Origin: an uncultured bacterium
GTDB taxonomy: Bacteria; Patescibacteriota; Saccharimonadia; Saccharimonadales; 2-12-FULL-41-12
Length of the DNA stretch: 64,000 bases
Reading direction: 5' to 3'
Assembly: GCA_963834265.1 (NCBI GenBank)
Contig: CAWIAU010000001.1
Span: 652,346-716,345 of the forward strand
Positions within the stretch are counted from its first letter, which is position 1, and every line of letters begins with the position of its first letter. The translations under genes were made by a program, and so were the position numbers. The notes under the pieces are model-generated. The model ran no database searches. It saw only the letters and a program-made list of their open reading frames with translations, and had not been told where the DNA came from. Below, piece by piece: positions 7,800-18,042 of the stretch.

Positions 7800-9437
7800 C
7801 TAAACCTGCGTTTTCTCCAGCTTAGCTACTACTTCCCGTGCTACGGATACGGTAGTTATAAGCGTCGTATTAGTTTTGACAGCTTTTTCACGGATTATCT
7901 GACCATCAGTCTTTTCTTTCTCTTTACTCTCTTTTGGATCATCAGACGATGGAATGTTGATGATGATGTCGAAGCGGTTGGCATCTAAAAGATCGCCGAG
8001 GTTCGGCTTGAGCTCAGGGCTGCTTATTTTATTGACGAGAATAGCCTCAATGCCGTTCGTCCTGAGGAATTTGTGGGTTTTGTAGGTTCCATAGAGCTGA
8101 TAGCCCATACGATGTAACGCTTTGATTTGCGGCAATAGTTTAAGTTTCTGAGCCCGGCCGCCTACCGCCAGCAGTGCTGTACGTTTGCGCCGCTGCGCCA
8201 GTTTCATCTGCAGAGTGTAGTGCTCTATAAAACCTGCTGATGCATTCTGGTTGAAAAGCTCGTTAGAATCCATAAATGTGGCCAGTTTTTCGTCAAATAT
8301 CGTGTTCGGTGTTTCGACAGCGACAGCTTCGATATGACCTTTAAAGAGTTTAACCGTGACACTTCCGGTGATTTTATCATTCACCTTATCCTCATATGCA
8401 TTGAGATCATCCATTAGCGGCTCAAACCATAGCGCACCATATACAAGATACGCCCATTTTTCATCAACAATGGATTTGAATTCATTTTCGAGTCGGGTAG
8501 AAGTATAGCGCTCCAGAGCTTTATGAGCGGTAATAATTGTTTCGGCAGCCGGGGCTTCGTAAATCCCTCGTACTTTGAGGCCAATGACGCGGTCTTCCAG
8601 CAAGTGAACTATGCCGATAGAGTGTTCGGCAGCACGCTTGTTCAACTCAAAGATAATATCGACCAGTGACATTTGTTTGTCGTCGATAGCTATAGGAAGA
8701 CCTTTTTCAAATTCGAGTTTAATATATTCAGGTGTATCTCGGGCCTTTTCAGGTGTTTTGCAGATCTGCAGGATCTTTTCCAGCGGTGGAATTAACCCCG
8801 GATCTTCTATCTCCCCACCTTCGCCGGTGACACCCCACATATTGTCATCGTAACTATATGGCTTTTCTTTGGTCTGCTTGACGGGTATTCCGTGCTTTTT
8901 ACAGTATTCCAGCTGCTCGTCGCGTCCCATGCCCCATTCACGTACGGGAGCAATGATTTTGATATCCGGATTCATAGCTAAGGCGGAACCCTCGATACGA
9001 ATCTGATCATTACCTTTACCTGTGGCACCGTGTGCGATCGCGTCAGCGCCTTCCTGTGCAGCTATCCTGACAGCCCATTTGGCTAATAATGGTCGTCCAA
9101 GTGGTGTGGAGAGATAATAACGACCCTGGTACATACCGTTGGCCTTTATTCCAGGTGCAATATACTGCTCAGCAAATTCTTCTTTGGCATCGATAACGTA
9201 GGCCTGACTTGCACCCAGCTTCAGAGCTTTTGCCTTGATAGCATCCAGGTCATCGGCTTGCTGGCCGATATCAATCGTCAGAGCTATTACCTCTGCTTTA
9301 TATTCATCCTGAATCCACTTCAACATCGTTGAAGTATCCAGTCCTCCGGAATACAACAGGACAACTTTTTTGACCTCGCCCTTGCGCCCCTCATGCGATG
9401 CTACTTTGACATATTGGTTTTTACCCTTTAGCGCCAT
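7800..9437 (-). CDS. argG: argininosuccinate synthase fused to a C-terminal MGS-like (CarB allosteric-type) domain
   Basis: ArgG motifs YSGGLDTS and HGATGKGNDQIRIE, full-length ArgG body. The last ~127 aa (7803..8183), ALLAVGGRAQKLKLLPQIKALHRMGYQLYGTYKTHKFLRTNGIEAILVNK...IIINIPS...IREKAV...LITT, align by eye to the CarB C-terminal MGS-like domain. Confidence 0.9.
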   Translation of the reverse strand: MALKGKNQYVKVASHEGRKGEVKKVVLLYSGGLDTSTMLKWIQDEYKAEVIALTIDIGQQADDLDAIKAKALKLGASQAYVIDAKEEFAEQYIAPGIKANGMYQGRYYLSTPLGRPLLAKWAVRIAAQEGADAIAHGATGKGNDQIRIEGSALAMNPDIKIIAPVREWGMGRDEQLEYCKKHGIPVKQTKEKPYSYDDNMWGVTGEGGEIEDPGLIPPLEKILQICKTPEKARDTPEYIKLEFEKGLPIAIDDKQMSLVDIIFELNKRAAEHSIGIVHLLEDRVIGLKVRGIYEAPAAETIITAHKALERYTSTRLENEFKSIVDEKWAYLVYGALWFEPLMDDLNAYEDKVNDKITGSVTVKLFKGHIEAVAVETPNTIFDEKLATFMDSNELFNQNASAGFIEHYTLQMKLAQRRKRTALLAVGGRAQKLKLLPQIKALHRMGYQLYGTYKTHKFLRTNGIEAILVNKISSPELKPNLGDLLDANRFDIIINIPSSDDPKESKEKEKTDGQIIREKAVKTNTTLITTVSVAREVVAKLEKTQV

Positions 9438-9561
9438 TTTATCCTTAAATTTTACTAATTTAGTAATAAAATCCAGTCATTTTGCTTGTAAAATGTCCAA
9501 ATTACTCAAAATTGTATAGATTACCGCTAGCAATGTCAACCCACTTTGCTATACTGGGATC

Positions 9562-10134
9562 ATGAAATATAAGGTTGGTGTTTTTGGATCCAGTGCCGGT
9601 GATATGAGTCTGGCTTTGCCCGGCGCCATTGAGTTAGGGCGTGTTTTCGGCGAATATGCCGATCATTTGATCATCATCACAGGTGGTTGCGCGGGTTTGC
9701 CCTATGAAGTTGCCAAAAAAGCCCACAGCTCCGATGTAGAAATCCGGGGATATTCAGCCGAAATAAATATGGATGAATTGCAAAAAAGTGCTCCTGATGA
9801 CGATCACTCGATTTATTCGGAACTCCGGTTTGTGCCAACTAACTTTCCATTAGCCCAAACTAGAAGCGCGCGAATGAAATATAGAAACGTTATCTCAACA
9901 GCTAATTGCGACGCCGGAATCATTATCTCCGGTCGCTGGGGCACTCTGAATGAGTTCACAAATCTAATTGACCAGCAAAAGATAGTTGGCGTACTGACAG
10001 ATACCGGTGGAATAGCTGATGAACTGCCAGAACTGACCCGCAAAATTTCCAAAGCAGGCCAGGGCAGAATTATCTTTGAAAGTGATCCGGGAAAGTTAGT
10101 CGGGAAAATACTTACGACTTTAAAGACTGCTTGA
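9562..10134 (+). CDS. LOG / TIGR00725-family Rossmann-fold protein
   Basis: VGVFGSS...TGGCAGLPYEVAKKA...SGRWGTLNEF follows the LOG-family GGxxG / PGGxGTxxE pattern. Confidence 0.6.
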   Translation: MKYKVGVFGSSAGDMSLALPGAIELGRVFGEYADHLIIITGGCAGLPYEVAKKAHSSDVEIRGYSAEINMDELQKSAPDDDHSIYSELRFVPTNFPLAQTRSARMKYRNVISTANCDAGIIISGRWGTLNEFTNLIDQQKIVGVLTDTGGIADELPELTRKISKAGQGRIIFESDPGKLVGKILTTLKTA

Positions 10135-11206
10135 TTTCTGCAGCAAGATTGGTGTTCCACATGGCGGCTGTGACGGATTGAACTAAATCTGCACCGGCAC
10201 TGCGGTAATCATGAAAATCATCCGGCGTCATAACACCACCTATGCCTATAATTTCATAATCGTAATTATATTTTTTGCGAATTTCGAACAGACGCCTGAC
10301 CATATCCACTCCGGCCCACTTAATGCCTGCTCCGCAAACACCACTACGAAGACGTCCCTTGCCCGGCAGCATCTGATTACCATATTTGTCTACTATTGCC
10401 GCAGGAATAGTATTTATTGCAGAATAGGCTCTCAAATACGGAGCGCTGTCCTTTATTATTTGCTCCAGCAAATCCTGTTGGACGGGGGCAAAATAGCCGA
10501 GCTTTCCGATCAGAGGTATATCGCCAACAGCTTCTTTAACTTTGCGTGCGATTGTTACCACTGAGTCATGGTTATAGCAAAGAACTCCTTCGCTGGCCAC
10601 ATTCGGGCATGAGAAGTTTACTTCTATCACTTTGACGCCAGTGCTCGCCGCCAGCTTCGCCGTATAAGCAAAATCATCGAAGTAATCCTGCTGACTAAAT
10701 CTTTCTTTGATAGTCCCTACAACACCCGCAATCAGAAGCTGTCCTTTGCCTTGCGCAGAAAAAGATTTTTTCATATCTTCAACCCAGAAATCCGGGCCAC
10801 GGGACGGATTCCCGAATGAATTAGTAATGGTAAGCTTTTCGAGCGATGTATCAGATGTCATACGCCCTATAAGCGGCTGTGCGGCTTTCTCCAATGTCAA
10901 ATCCCCATCCACCTCAACATATACGACATTAGGAAATTCATTCGCAGGGAATGACAAGCTGCGCTGCGTTTTATAGACATTTACATCAAAACCCCGCTCA
11001 AAAGCATGCCTGATGTGTTTACTCGTTGGCAATGATCCGGCGCCGATGCCAAACGGAGAATATATAGGAAAACCTAAGAAACTGTATGCAGGCTCTCCGG
11101 TATTTTTAAATGCTGCTGCTGTTAAATCTGCGGGAAAAGGACCATTATCAAAGTTATCGTCGAAAGTTTTAGCTGGATCTGAAAATACTGCTTTTCGATC
11201 GGGCAT
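10112..11206 (-). CDS. pyrD: dihydroorotate dehydrogenase family protein
   Basis: NFSCPNV active-site loop, GIGGV near the C-terminus, and location next to pyrF/pyrE. Confidence 0.7.
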   Translation of the reverse strand: MPDRKAVFSDPAKTFDDNFDNGPFPADLTAAAFKNTGEPAYSFLGFPIYSPFGIGAGSLPTSKHIRHAFERGFDVNVYKTQRSLSFPANEFPNVVYVEVDGDLTLEKAAQPLIGRMTSDTSLEKLTITNSFGNPSRGPDFWVEDMKKSFSAQGKGQLLIAGVVGTIKERFSQQDYFDDFAYTAKLAASTGVKVIEVNFSCPNVASEGVLCYNHDSVVTIARKVKEAVGDIPLIGKLGYFAPVQQDLLEQIIKDSAPYLRAYSAINTIPAAIVDKYGNQMLPGKGRLRSGVCGAGIKWAGVDMVRRLFEIRKKYNYDYEIIGIGGVMTPDDFHDYRSAGADLVQSVTAAMWNTNLAAEIKQSLKS

Positions 11207-11246
11207 TATTTGCTCCTCATGTTATTTAAGGATAACATGTAAGAAG

Positions 11247-12074
11247 ATGACTTTCATGGAGAAACTTGATACCTGCGTGTCAAAAAATGACTCCTTGCTG
11301 TGCGTGGGATTAGATCCCGATATCAGTAAATTACCAGAGGGCCATAATCAATACAGCTTTAATAAAGCTATTATCGATGCTACTCACGATTTGGTTTGCT
11401 CCTATAAGCCCAATCCTGCATTCTACGAAGCGCTTGGAGCTGAGGGTGTAGCCAATCTTGAAAAAACCTGCAACTATATTAAACAAAAATATCCGGGAAT
11501 TCCTATCATTCTTGATTGCAAAAGAGGTGATATCGGAAATACAAATGCGGCATACGCAGGTGCTGTTTTCGAATTCATGACAGCCGACGCAGCTACCGTT
11601 CATCCTTATTTTGGGAAAGAGTCATTAATCCCGTTTCTTGAGTATAAAGATAAAGGTATCATTGTCATGTGCAAGTCTTCTAACGCCGGCGGCGGCGAAT
11701 TCCAGGACTTGCAACTATCTGATATGAAGCTTTACGAATATATCGCGCATCAAGTAGTTACTGAGTGGAATATACATAATAATTGTATGCTTATGGTGGG
11801 AGCGACGTATCCGGCCGAATTAGCAACTGTCCGAAAAATTGCGGGACCCGATATGCAGATTCTGGTGCCGGGTATTGGAGTTCAGCAGGGGAATATTGAA
11901 GAAATGCTGAAAGCAGGTTTAAATAGCGAAGGTTTGGGCTTAATCATAAATTCTTCGCGTGAAATTATTTTTGCATCCGGAGGTACGGACTTTATTGTGG
12001 CCGCACGCGCAAAAGCTATTGAAGTCCGGAAAAGAATTAATCAGTACAGAAATACAGGAATGAGTACATCATGA
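11247..12074 (+). CDS. pyrF: orotidine 5'-phosphate decarboxylase
   Basis: LCVGLDPD and ILDCKRGDIGNT motifs. Start moved to ATG 11247 (MTFMEKLD...), because the track start 11013 would be antisense to pyrD. Confidence 0.85.
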   Translation: MTFMEKLDTCVSKNDSLLCVGLDPDISKLPEGHNQYSFNKAIIDATHDLVCSYKPNPAFYEALGAEGVANLEKTCNYIKQKYPGIPIILDCKRGDIGNTNAAYAGAVFEFMTADAATVHPYFGKESLIPFLEYKDKGIIVMCKSSNAGGGEFQDLQLSDMKLYEYIAHQVVTEWNIHNNCMLMVGATYPAELATVRKIAGPDMQILVPGIGVQQGNIEEMLKAGLNSEGLGLIINSSREIIFASGGTDFIVAARAKAIEVRKRINQYRNTGMSTS

Positions 12075-12679
12075 GCATTGAGGATCAAAAACGCATGCTT
12101 GCACTGGATTTATACGATATCGGAGCCTTGAAGTTCGGAGAATTTACATTCAAAAGCGGTATTGTCAGCCCGATGTATATAGATCTGCGTTTGTTTATCA
12201 GCTATCCAAAGGTGCTTAAAAAAGTAGTAAATATTTATGCGGGGTTGCTTAAAGACTTAACGTATGACCGTTTGGCAGGAGTCGCTTATGCTGCCTTACC
12301 GATAGCAGGTGCGGTAAGCCTGGAGATAGAACGTCCATGGGTTTTTTTACGCAAAGAAGGAATCAAAAAAGAATACGGTTTACAGAAAAGTTTAGAAGGA
12401 GAATACACTAAGGGCGAGACCGTCGTTATGATAGAAGATTTGGTTACACGCGCTACCTCGTTATTAGAAGTCATTCCCGTTATTGAAGAGCATGGATTGG
12501 TTGTCAAAGATGCTGTGGTACTCATTGATTATGGCAAAGGAGGTCCTCAGAATATGAAATCTAAAGGTTATGTCGTCCATGCCTTTATAACTACCGTGGA
12601 GTTAGTTACTATAATGCATTCAGAAAACAAAATTGATGATAATAAATATCAACAATGTTTAGAATTTCTCGCAAAATAG
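12071..12679 (+). CDS. pyrE: orotate phosphoribosyltransferase
   Basis: PRPP-binding loop VVMIEDLVTRATS; 4-nt overlap with pyrF. Confidence 0.85.
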   Translation: MSIEDQKRMLALDLYDIGALKFGEFTFKSGIVSPMYIDLRLFISYPKVLKKVVNIYAGLLKDLTYDRLAGVAYAALPIAGAVSLEIERPWVFLRKEGIKKEYGLQKSLEGEYTKGETVVMIEDLVTRATSLLEVIPVIEEHGLVVKDAVVLIDYGKGGPQNMKSKGYVVHAFITTVELVTIMHSENKIDDNKYQQCLEFLAK

Positions 12680-12785
12680 TTTTTTGATATTTTACTCTTT
12701 ATATTAATGTTCAAAACGGTTGTGCTTGATCTCTGGAATACGTATAATTCTAAGGAAGAGAAACAACTAAATAAAAGTGAGTGCG

Positions 12786-13994
12786 ATGAGAATATTGATG
12801 CTTGGGTGGGAATTACCGCCCAATAACAGTGGTGGGCTAGGTGTGGCATGCCTTGCTCTCTGCAAAACTCTCTCGCAAAAAGGTGTGTCAATCCAGTTTG
12901 TCCTTCCCTACAAGGCTGATCACGGAATTGATTTTATGGATGTAATCGCGAGCAGCAATAACCTGCCCTCCCGGATATTTGGTGCTTATGACAGCTCACA
13001 ATTTCTTCCCGGTTTGTCAGCCGAAGACCTAAGTTCCGCAAGTGATATTTTCGCAATTGAATCACAATACCAGAATAAAGTTAGAAAAATCGTCAAGGAA
13101 CGTACATTTGATCTTATACATGCACATGACTGGCTTACATTCCGGGCAGGGCTCAGGGCACGCGAACTATCCGGAAAACCCCTGATCCTGCATGTACACT
13201 CCGTGGAGTCAGATCGTGCCGGGTCTAAACAAGGTAACCCGTTAGTGCATGAGATAGAAGAGTTGGGACTGACTCTGGCAGATCATATTGTAGCCGTCAG
13301 CGAACTTACCAAACAGAAGATTGTGCATAACTACCATATTCCTGCCGATAAGATTACTGTGGCTCATAATAGTATCGATAGAGAGCATATTGCGCCCCTT
13401 GATCCTATCAACACCTATCATTATCTTAGCAACCTCAAGAGTCAGGGTTATAAGGTTGTCGTCAGTATTGGCCGTCTGACTATCCAGAAAGGGCTGTATA
13501 ATTTCCTGGGAGCTGCAGCCAGAGTAGTATCGCACCAGCCCAAAACCATTTTTCTGATTGTTGGCTCTGGTGAGCTTGAACATGAACTGATCAGTCGTTC
13601 AGCAGAGCTTGGTATCGGACGGAATGTACTGTTTATAGGATTCCAGCGTGGTAAGCAGTGGCGGGATGCATTTGCAATTGCAGATTTGTTTGTTATGCCC
13701 TCAGTATCTGAGCCTTTCGGATTGACTCCACTTGAAGCAATCGGGTATGGTACGCCGGTGTTGATAAGTAAACAGTCCGGCGTCTCAGAAGTGCTGATGA
13801 ATTGTCTCAAAACAGATTACTGGGATACAGACAAAATGGCGAATGATATAACTGCAGTACTTCGTTATCACACTTTGCAGCAAACTCTGGCTGCCAATGC
13901 TGTTCAGGAGCTGGCATCTCTTAGTTGGCACAATACAGCCGATAAACTGATGAATATATATAGAACCCATATTCCAGCTGGAGCTGCGGTATGA
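12786..13994 (+). CDS. GT4/GT5-type glycosyltransferase, glycogen-synthase-like
   Basis: MRILMLGWELPPNNSGGLGVAC N-terminus and the EPFGLTPLEA motif. Operon with GH57 and GH15 genes. The start may instead be GTG 12777. Confidence 0.8.
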   Translation: MRILMLGWELPPNNSGGLGVACLALCKTLSQKGVSIQFVLPYKADHGIDFMDVIASSNNLPSRIFGAYDSSQFLPGLSAEDLSSASDIFAIESQYQNKVRKIVKERTFDLIHAHDWLTFRAGLRARELSGKPLILHVHSVESDRAGSKQGNPLVHEIEELGLTLADHIVAVSELTKQKIVHNYHIPADKITVAHNSIDREHIAPLDPINTYHYLSNLKSQGYKVVVSIGRLTIQKGLYNFLGAAARVVSHQPKTIFLIVGSGELEHELISRSAELGIGRNVLFIGFQRGKQWRDAFAIADLFVMPSVSEPFGLTPLEAIGYGTPVLISKQSGVSEVLMNCLKTDYWDTDKMANDITAVLRYHTLQQTLAANAVQELASLSWHNTADKLMNIYRTHIPAGAAV

Positions 13995-15193
13995 AAGAAA
14001 AATCCATAGTTCTGTATATGCATGTGCACCAGCCATTTCGTGTAAAAAACTACACAATTTTTGATATTGATCAGGATCATAATTATTTTGATGCCCCCTA
14101 TGATCACCGCACAAGTAATGAACAGATTATCCATAAAGTAGCCGGAAAATCATACTTACCGGCCAACCAGCGTCTTCTGAAGCTGCTGCGTGAACATCCT
14201 GCATTCAGGCTCAGCCTGTCAATCAGCGGTGTAGCACTGGAGCAAATGCAACAATGGGCTCCGGAAGCTCTGGCATCATTTCAAGAGCTGGCGGCTACGG
14301 GACAGGTTGAGATTGTTGGAGAAACCTATCATCACAGTCTGGCATTTTTTTATGACCGTCAGGAATTTGAGGCACAGGTAAATAAGCATCGTAACATCAT
14401 TCAGGCATTATTCGCTCAGACACCTACTGCCTTTCGCAATACAGAACTTGCTTACAACAATGATCTGGCTTACTGGGCCGATCAGACAGGATATAAAGTC
14501 ATTCTGGCCGAGGGCTGGGATCCGGTACTTGACTGGCGCAGCCCGAACTTTGTCTACGAACCCACCTACACTACAAGAGGGGTTAAACTACTGCTTAAGA
14601 ATTATCGCCTGAGTGATGATATTGCTTTTCGCTTCGGAGATCAGAACTGGAGCCAGTGGCCATTGACAGCAGATAAATTTACTAACTGGCTGCGATCGTC
14701 CGGTGATGGCACAAACTTCAATCTCTTTATGGATTATGAGACTTTCGGAGAGCATCAGTGGCATGAATCAGGTATTTTTGATTTCCTGGAACATTTGCCC
14801 AAAGAATGGCTGAGGGATGGCCATCATACATTCAAAACTGTCAGCCAGATTGCAGATGACAATAATCCGGTTGATCGGGTCGATATGCCCGATATTGTTA
14901 CATGGGCAGACACTGAGCGTGATCTATCAGCCTGGACAGGTAATGCGATGCAGCAGGAAGCTATAGCCGGTATCTACGACCTACGGGACAAAATTCTGGC
15001 ATCGGGTGACGATAAGCTGATAGAAGACTGGCGCCGACTACAAACTTCTGATCATTTTTATTACATGTGCACCAAATGGTTCAATGACGGCGATATTCAT
15101 GCGTATTTCAGTCCCTATGAGAATCCGTATGAGGCCTATATAGCTTTCATGAATGCATGGCATGATCTGAGATTAAGGGCAGGAGCAATTTAA
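13991..15193 (+). CDS. glycoside hydrolase family 57-like enzyme
   Basis: N-terminal LYMHVHQPFR and the later FMDYETFGEHQW pattern are typical of GH57. 4-nt overlap with the upstream GT gene. Confidence 0.75.
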   Translation: MKEKSIVLYMHVHQPFRVKNYTIFDIDQDHNYFDAPYDHRTSNEQIIHKVAGKSYLPANQRLLKLLREHPAFRLSLSISGVALEQMQQWAPEALASFQELAATGQVEIVGETYHHSLAFFYDRQEFEAQVNKHRNIIQALFAQTPTAFRNTELAYNNDLAYWADQTGYKVILAEGWDPVLDWRSPNFVYEPTYTTRGVKLLLKNYRLSDDIAFRFGDQNWSQWPLTADKFTNWLRSSGDGTNFNLFMDYETFGEHQWHESGIFDFLEHLPKEWLRDGHHTFKTVSQIADDNNPVDRVDMPDIVTWADTERDLSAWTGNAMQQEAIAGIYDLRDKILASGDDKLIEDWRRLQTSDHFYYMCTKWFNDGDIHAYFSPYENPYEAYIAFMNAWHDLRLRAGAI

Positions 15194-17154
15194 TGGCACG
15201 TGCAGTAATGCTTGGAAATGGAAGCTTAGCAGTTGGCCTGGATGAACATGGTCTGGTTCATGACTTCTACTATCCTTACGTTGGTCTCGATAACCTGACG
15301 ACGGCCAGAAGCGTACATCATAAGATCGGCGTATGGATAGATAGCCGCTTCAGCTGGGTAGATGACGATAACGGATGGGATATCAGTGCTAACTTTGAGT
15401 CGGATGCTCTCGTCAGCCGGATACGCATGCAAAATAACGAACTTCAGGTGGAATTGTTATTTAGTGATTTTGTCGACTATGAATTCAATGCTTTTGGCCG
15501 GAAAATTACAGTTGTTAATCAGGCTGGTGATGAACGTGAAATACGGGTGTTTATGCATCAGGTATTTCAGATATCCCGGGCAGGCCGGGCCGATACGGCT
15601 CTGTTTGTTCCGGAAGAAAATTATATCCTGACTTATCGGGGTCGGTGTTGTCTTCTTGCGTATGGTCAGATAACTGACGGAAAACCATTCGACCAGTTTG
15701 CAATCGGGAATTATGGAATCGAAGGCAAAGAAGGCACTTTTCGGGATGCAGAGGACGGTGAACTCTCCGGGAGTGCTGTAGAGCATGGCGGCGTAGACTC
15801 TGTCATAAGATTTTCTGTCCGCCTGCCAGCAGGTTCCGGAACCGGGATCGATTATTGGATTGTAGCTGCCGATTCCCAGCTGGCAGCAGAAAAAATCCAC
15901 CATGATTTCAAAAAAGAAGGTCTGAGCGAGCGGCTGAAGATAAATTACAGATACTGGAATGAATGGTTGGCAATCGGCTCCAATGCTTTGCACAGTGTAG
16001 ACAAAGAGTATTTGGAGCTGACCAAGAAGTCATTACTTATTATCAAAGCACACATGGACAAGCGCGGAGGAGTTATAGCATCACTTGACTCCTCCATATA
16101 TAACTATGGTCGGGATTACTACAGTTATGTATGGCCCAGGGATGGGGCCTATGCGATATGGCCATTAATTCGGCTCGGATATCAGGATGAACCAAAGAAA
16201 TTTTTTGAATTTTGCCGTGACGTTCTTAGACCAGAAGGCTATCTGATGCACAAATACCAACCCGACAAAGCCATTGGCAGTACCTGGCATCCGCTTCTGC
16301 ACGGTGAAAAAATTGAACTGGCGATACAGGAGGATGAAACAGCCAGTGTTATTTACATGCTGGGAGAATATTATACTTATTCGCAGGATACCGAGTTCGT
16401 ACGGAGTGTATACGAAACGCTAATTCAGCCTGCAGCGGACTTTATGACAAGTTTTATAGATGAGCAGACCGGCCTGCCACATGCCAGTTATGATCTCTGG
16501 GAAATGAAGTTTCTGACCAGCACTTACACAACGGCAGTAGTTTATCAGGCTTTATTAGTGGCAGCAGAGTTTGCTGAAAAATTTGAATATCCCGATGATG
16601 CTTTGCGCTGGAATAACTGTGCTGAGATAATATTGAAAAATTCAGATATTTTCTTTAACGCGAGTCGTCAGGCTTTGCGCAAAGGATTTTTACTTGACGG
16701 TGATGGTTCTTTGCAGTTTGAAGATACACTGGACGTGTCCAGCCTGTACGGAACGGCAATGTACGGCCTGCACAAAGACAATGCGTGGCTTATTGATACT
16801 TTGGAAGCAGTCAAAACATATTTGCTGGATATAACGCCTTCCGGGGGAGCAGCGAGATTTGAGCATGATGGTTATTTTCTGTCCGATAATAGGTTTACGG
16901 GTAATCCGTGGATAGTTACAACATTATGGATTGCACAATATTATATACGCATTCATGAACCGGTGGTGGCGCATGGTTATGTTAAATGGGCCATGGATAC
17001 AGCACTGAGTAGTGGCATGTTACCGGAACAAATACATCCGGAAACAGGAGCTGTCACATCCGTAACACCCCTTGTATGGAGTCATGCCGAATTTATAAAT
17101 ACTGTTTTGGATCTCTCCAGAGTTAGCAAATCGAAATTAGAAAATAATGACTAG
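15193..17154 (+). CDS. glycoside hydrolase family 15 (glucoamylase/glucodextranase-like)
   Basis: YSYVWPRDGAYA and LPEQIHPETG...PLVWSHAEF motifs of GH15. Confidence 0.85.
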   Translation: MARAVMLGNGSLAVGLDEHGLVHDFYYPYVGLDNLTTARSVHHKIGVWIDSRFSWVDDDNGWDISANFESDALVSRIRMQNNELQVELLFSDFVDYEFNAFGRKITVVNQAGDEREIRVFMHQVFQISRAGRADTALFVPEENYILTYRGRCCLLAYGQITDGKPFDQFAIGNYGIEGKEGTFRDAEDGELSGSAVEHGGVDSVIRFSVRLPAGSGTGIDYWIVAADSQLAAEKIHHDFKKEGLSERLKINYRYWNEWLAIGSNALHSVDKEYLELTKKSLLIIKAHMDKRGGVIASLDSSIYNYGRDYYSYVWPRDGAYAIWPLIRLGYQDEPKKFFEFCRDVLRPEGYLMHKYQPDKAIGSTWHPLLHGEKIELAIQEDETASVIYMLGEYYTYSQDTEFVRSVYETLIQPAADFMTSFIDEQTGLPHASYDLWEMKFLTSTYTTAVVYQALLVAAEFAEKFEYPDDALRWNNCAEIILKNSDIFFNASRQALRKGFLLDGDGSLQFEDTLDVSSLYGTAMYGLHKDNAWLIDTLEAVKTYLLDITPSGGAARFEHDGYFLSDNRFTGNPWIVTTLWIAQYYIRIHEPVVAHGYVKWAMDTALSSGMLPEQIHPETGAVTSVTPLVWSHAEFINTVLDLSRVSKSKLENND

Positions 17155-17204
17155 TATAAATCCCTGTGCTCAGGTCCCAACTGCTAATTTCTTGTTGCCA
17201 GCCT

Positions 17205-17411
17205 CTATTTCTTACGGGCTTTGACTTCGTTACGACCGAGATTTTTCTTGGTTTCGACATACAGAGTGCGACGACGCACCAGAGGATTGTACTTCAAAAG
17301 CTCTAGTTTATCGGGGCTATTCTGAGTATTCTTGTGCGTATAGTATGTACGATGCCCGGTTTCTTCGCACACCATTCCAACTAACCTACGTTTATCAGTT
17401 TTTTTTGCCAT
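17205..17411 (-). CDS. rpmG: 50S ribosomal protein L33 (Cys-less form, C-terminal extension)
   Basis: MAKK...THKNTQNSPDKLELLKYNPLVRRRTLYVETK matches the L33 pattern; the zinc-binding Cys pairs are absent. Confidence 0.8.
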   Translation of the reverse strand: MAKKTDKRRLVGMVCEETGHRTYYTHKNTQNSPDKLELLKYNPLVRRRTLYVETKKNLGRNEVKARKK

Positions 17412-17465
17412 AGACTGAGTATTTTAACAGATGAGAACTCTGATGTAAAGATATTCATAAATCAA

Positions 17466-17500
17466 AAATACCGGCTGATCATACCGGTATTTCTGTTTTT
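17466..17500. terminator. bidirectional hairpin terminator
   Basis: aaataccgg-ctgatcata-ccggtattt is a 9-bp perfect stem. It is followed by ctgttttt on the plus strand and by a T-rich tract on the minus strand, downstream of the minus-strand tRNA-Thr. Confidence 0.5.
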
Positions 17501-17630
17501 CTTCTTGCAAGAAGGACAATTTTGTAAATATGTTTCTTTTGGATTCATACTTACTGCGCTTATCCTAAACTTGTAAATATAGTTTGTCAATATTGTGATG
17601 CATAGTTATCCACAAGCATCATAAATATGC

Positions 17631-17705
17631 TGGAGCCATCTCCGGGATTTGAACCCGGGACCCCCTCCTTACCATGGAGGTGCTCTACCCCTGAGCTAAG
17701 ATGGC
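17631..17705 (-). tRNA. tRNA-Thr (anticodon GGT)
   Basis: Reverse complement folds as GCCATCT...CCTCC-ATGGTAA-GGAGG...CCGGGTTCAAATCCCGG-AGATGGC-T-CCA. Confidence 0.9.
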
Positions 17706-17767
17706 GACTTTAACCTGTTAATAGTAGCAAATTCACCACTCTTTTGCTACACTTATAATCTGTAAAT

Positions 17768-17844
17768 GCCACCTTAGCTCAGTTGGTTAGAGCATCGGTT
17801 TTGTAAACCGAGGGTCGTCGGTTCGAATCCGACAGGTGGCTCCA
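17768..17844 (+). tRNA. tRNA-Thr (anticodon TGT)
   Basis: GCCACCT...TCGGT-TTTGTAA-ACCGA...GTCGGTTCGAATCCGAC-AGGTGGC-T-CCA. Confidence 0.9.
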
Positions 17845-17849
17845 TGCAT

Positions 17850-17935
17850 GCAGGGTTAGTGAAGCGGTCAAACACGGCAGACTGTAAATCTGCTGGCTTA
17901 TGCCTTCGTAGGTTCGAATCCTACACCCTGCACCA
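17850..17935 (+). tRNA. tRNA-Tyr (anticodon GTA), long variable arm
   Basis: GCAGGGT...GCAGA-CTGTAAA-TCTGC, variable arm TGGCTTATGCCTTC, T arm GTAGGTTCGAATCCTAC, ACCCTGC-A-CCA. Confidence 0.9.
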
Positions 17936-18042
17936 AATTAACTGCTAGTTCTCGTGGCAAGAATTTTATTTGTTTAACCTATATGAATTCGAACGGCAAT
18001 GATGCACCATCAAGAGACTGATGATAGTTTTTGCTCCGTAGA

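Noticed and set aside
11013-11246. Long N-terminal extensions implied by the first start codon of several track ORFs: pyrF from 11013, trpS from 24312, rpoB from 56552, rpoC from 52939, the 604..1386 peptidase, and 47745..48158.
   Set aside because: The extensions overlap the neighbouring gene or its antisense strand, and they do not align with the conserved N-termini of the families. Internal Met codons give tight, non-overlapping operon spacing.
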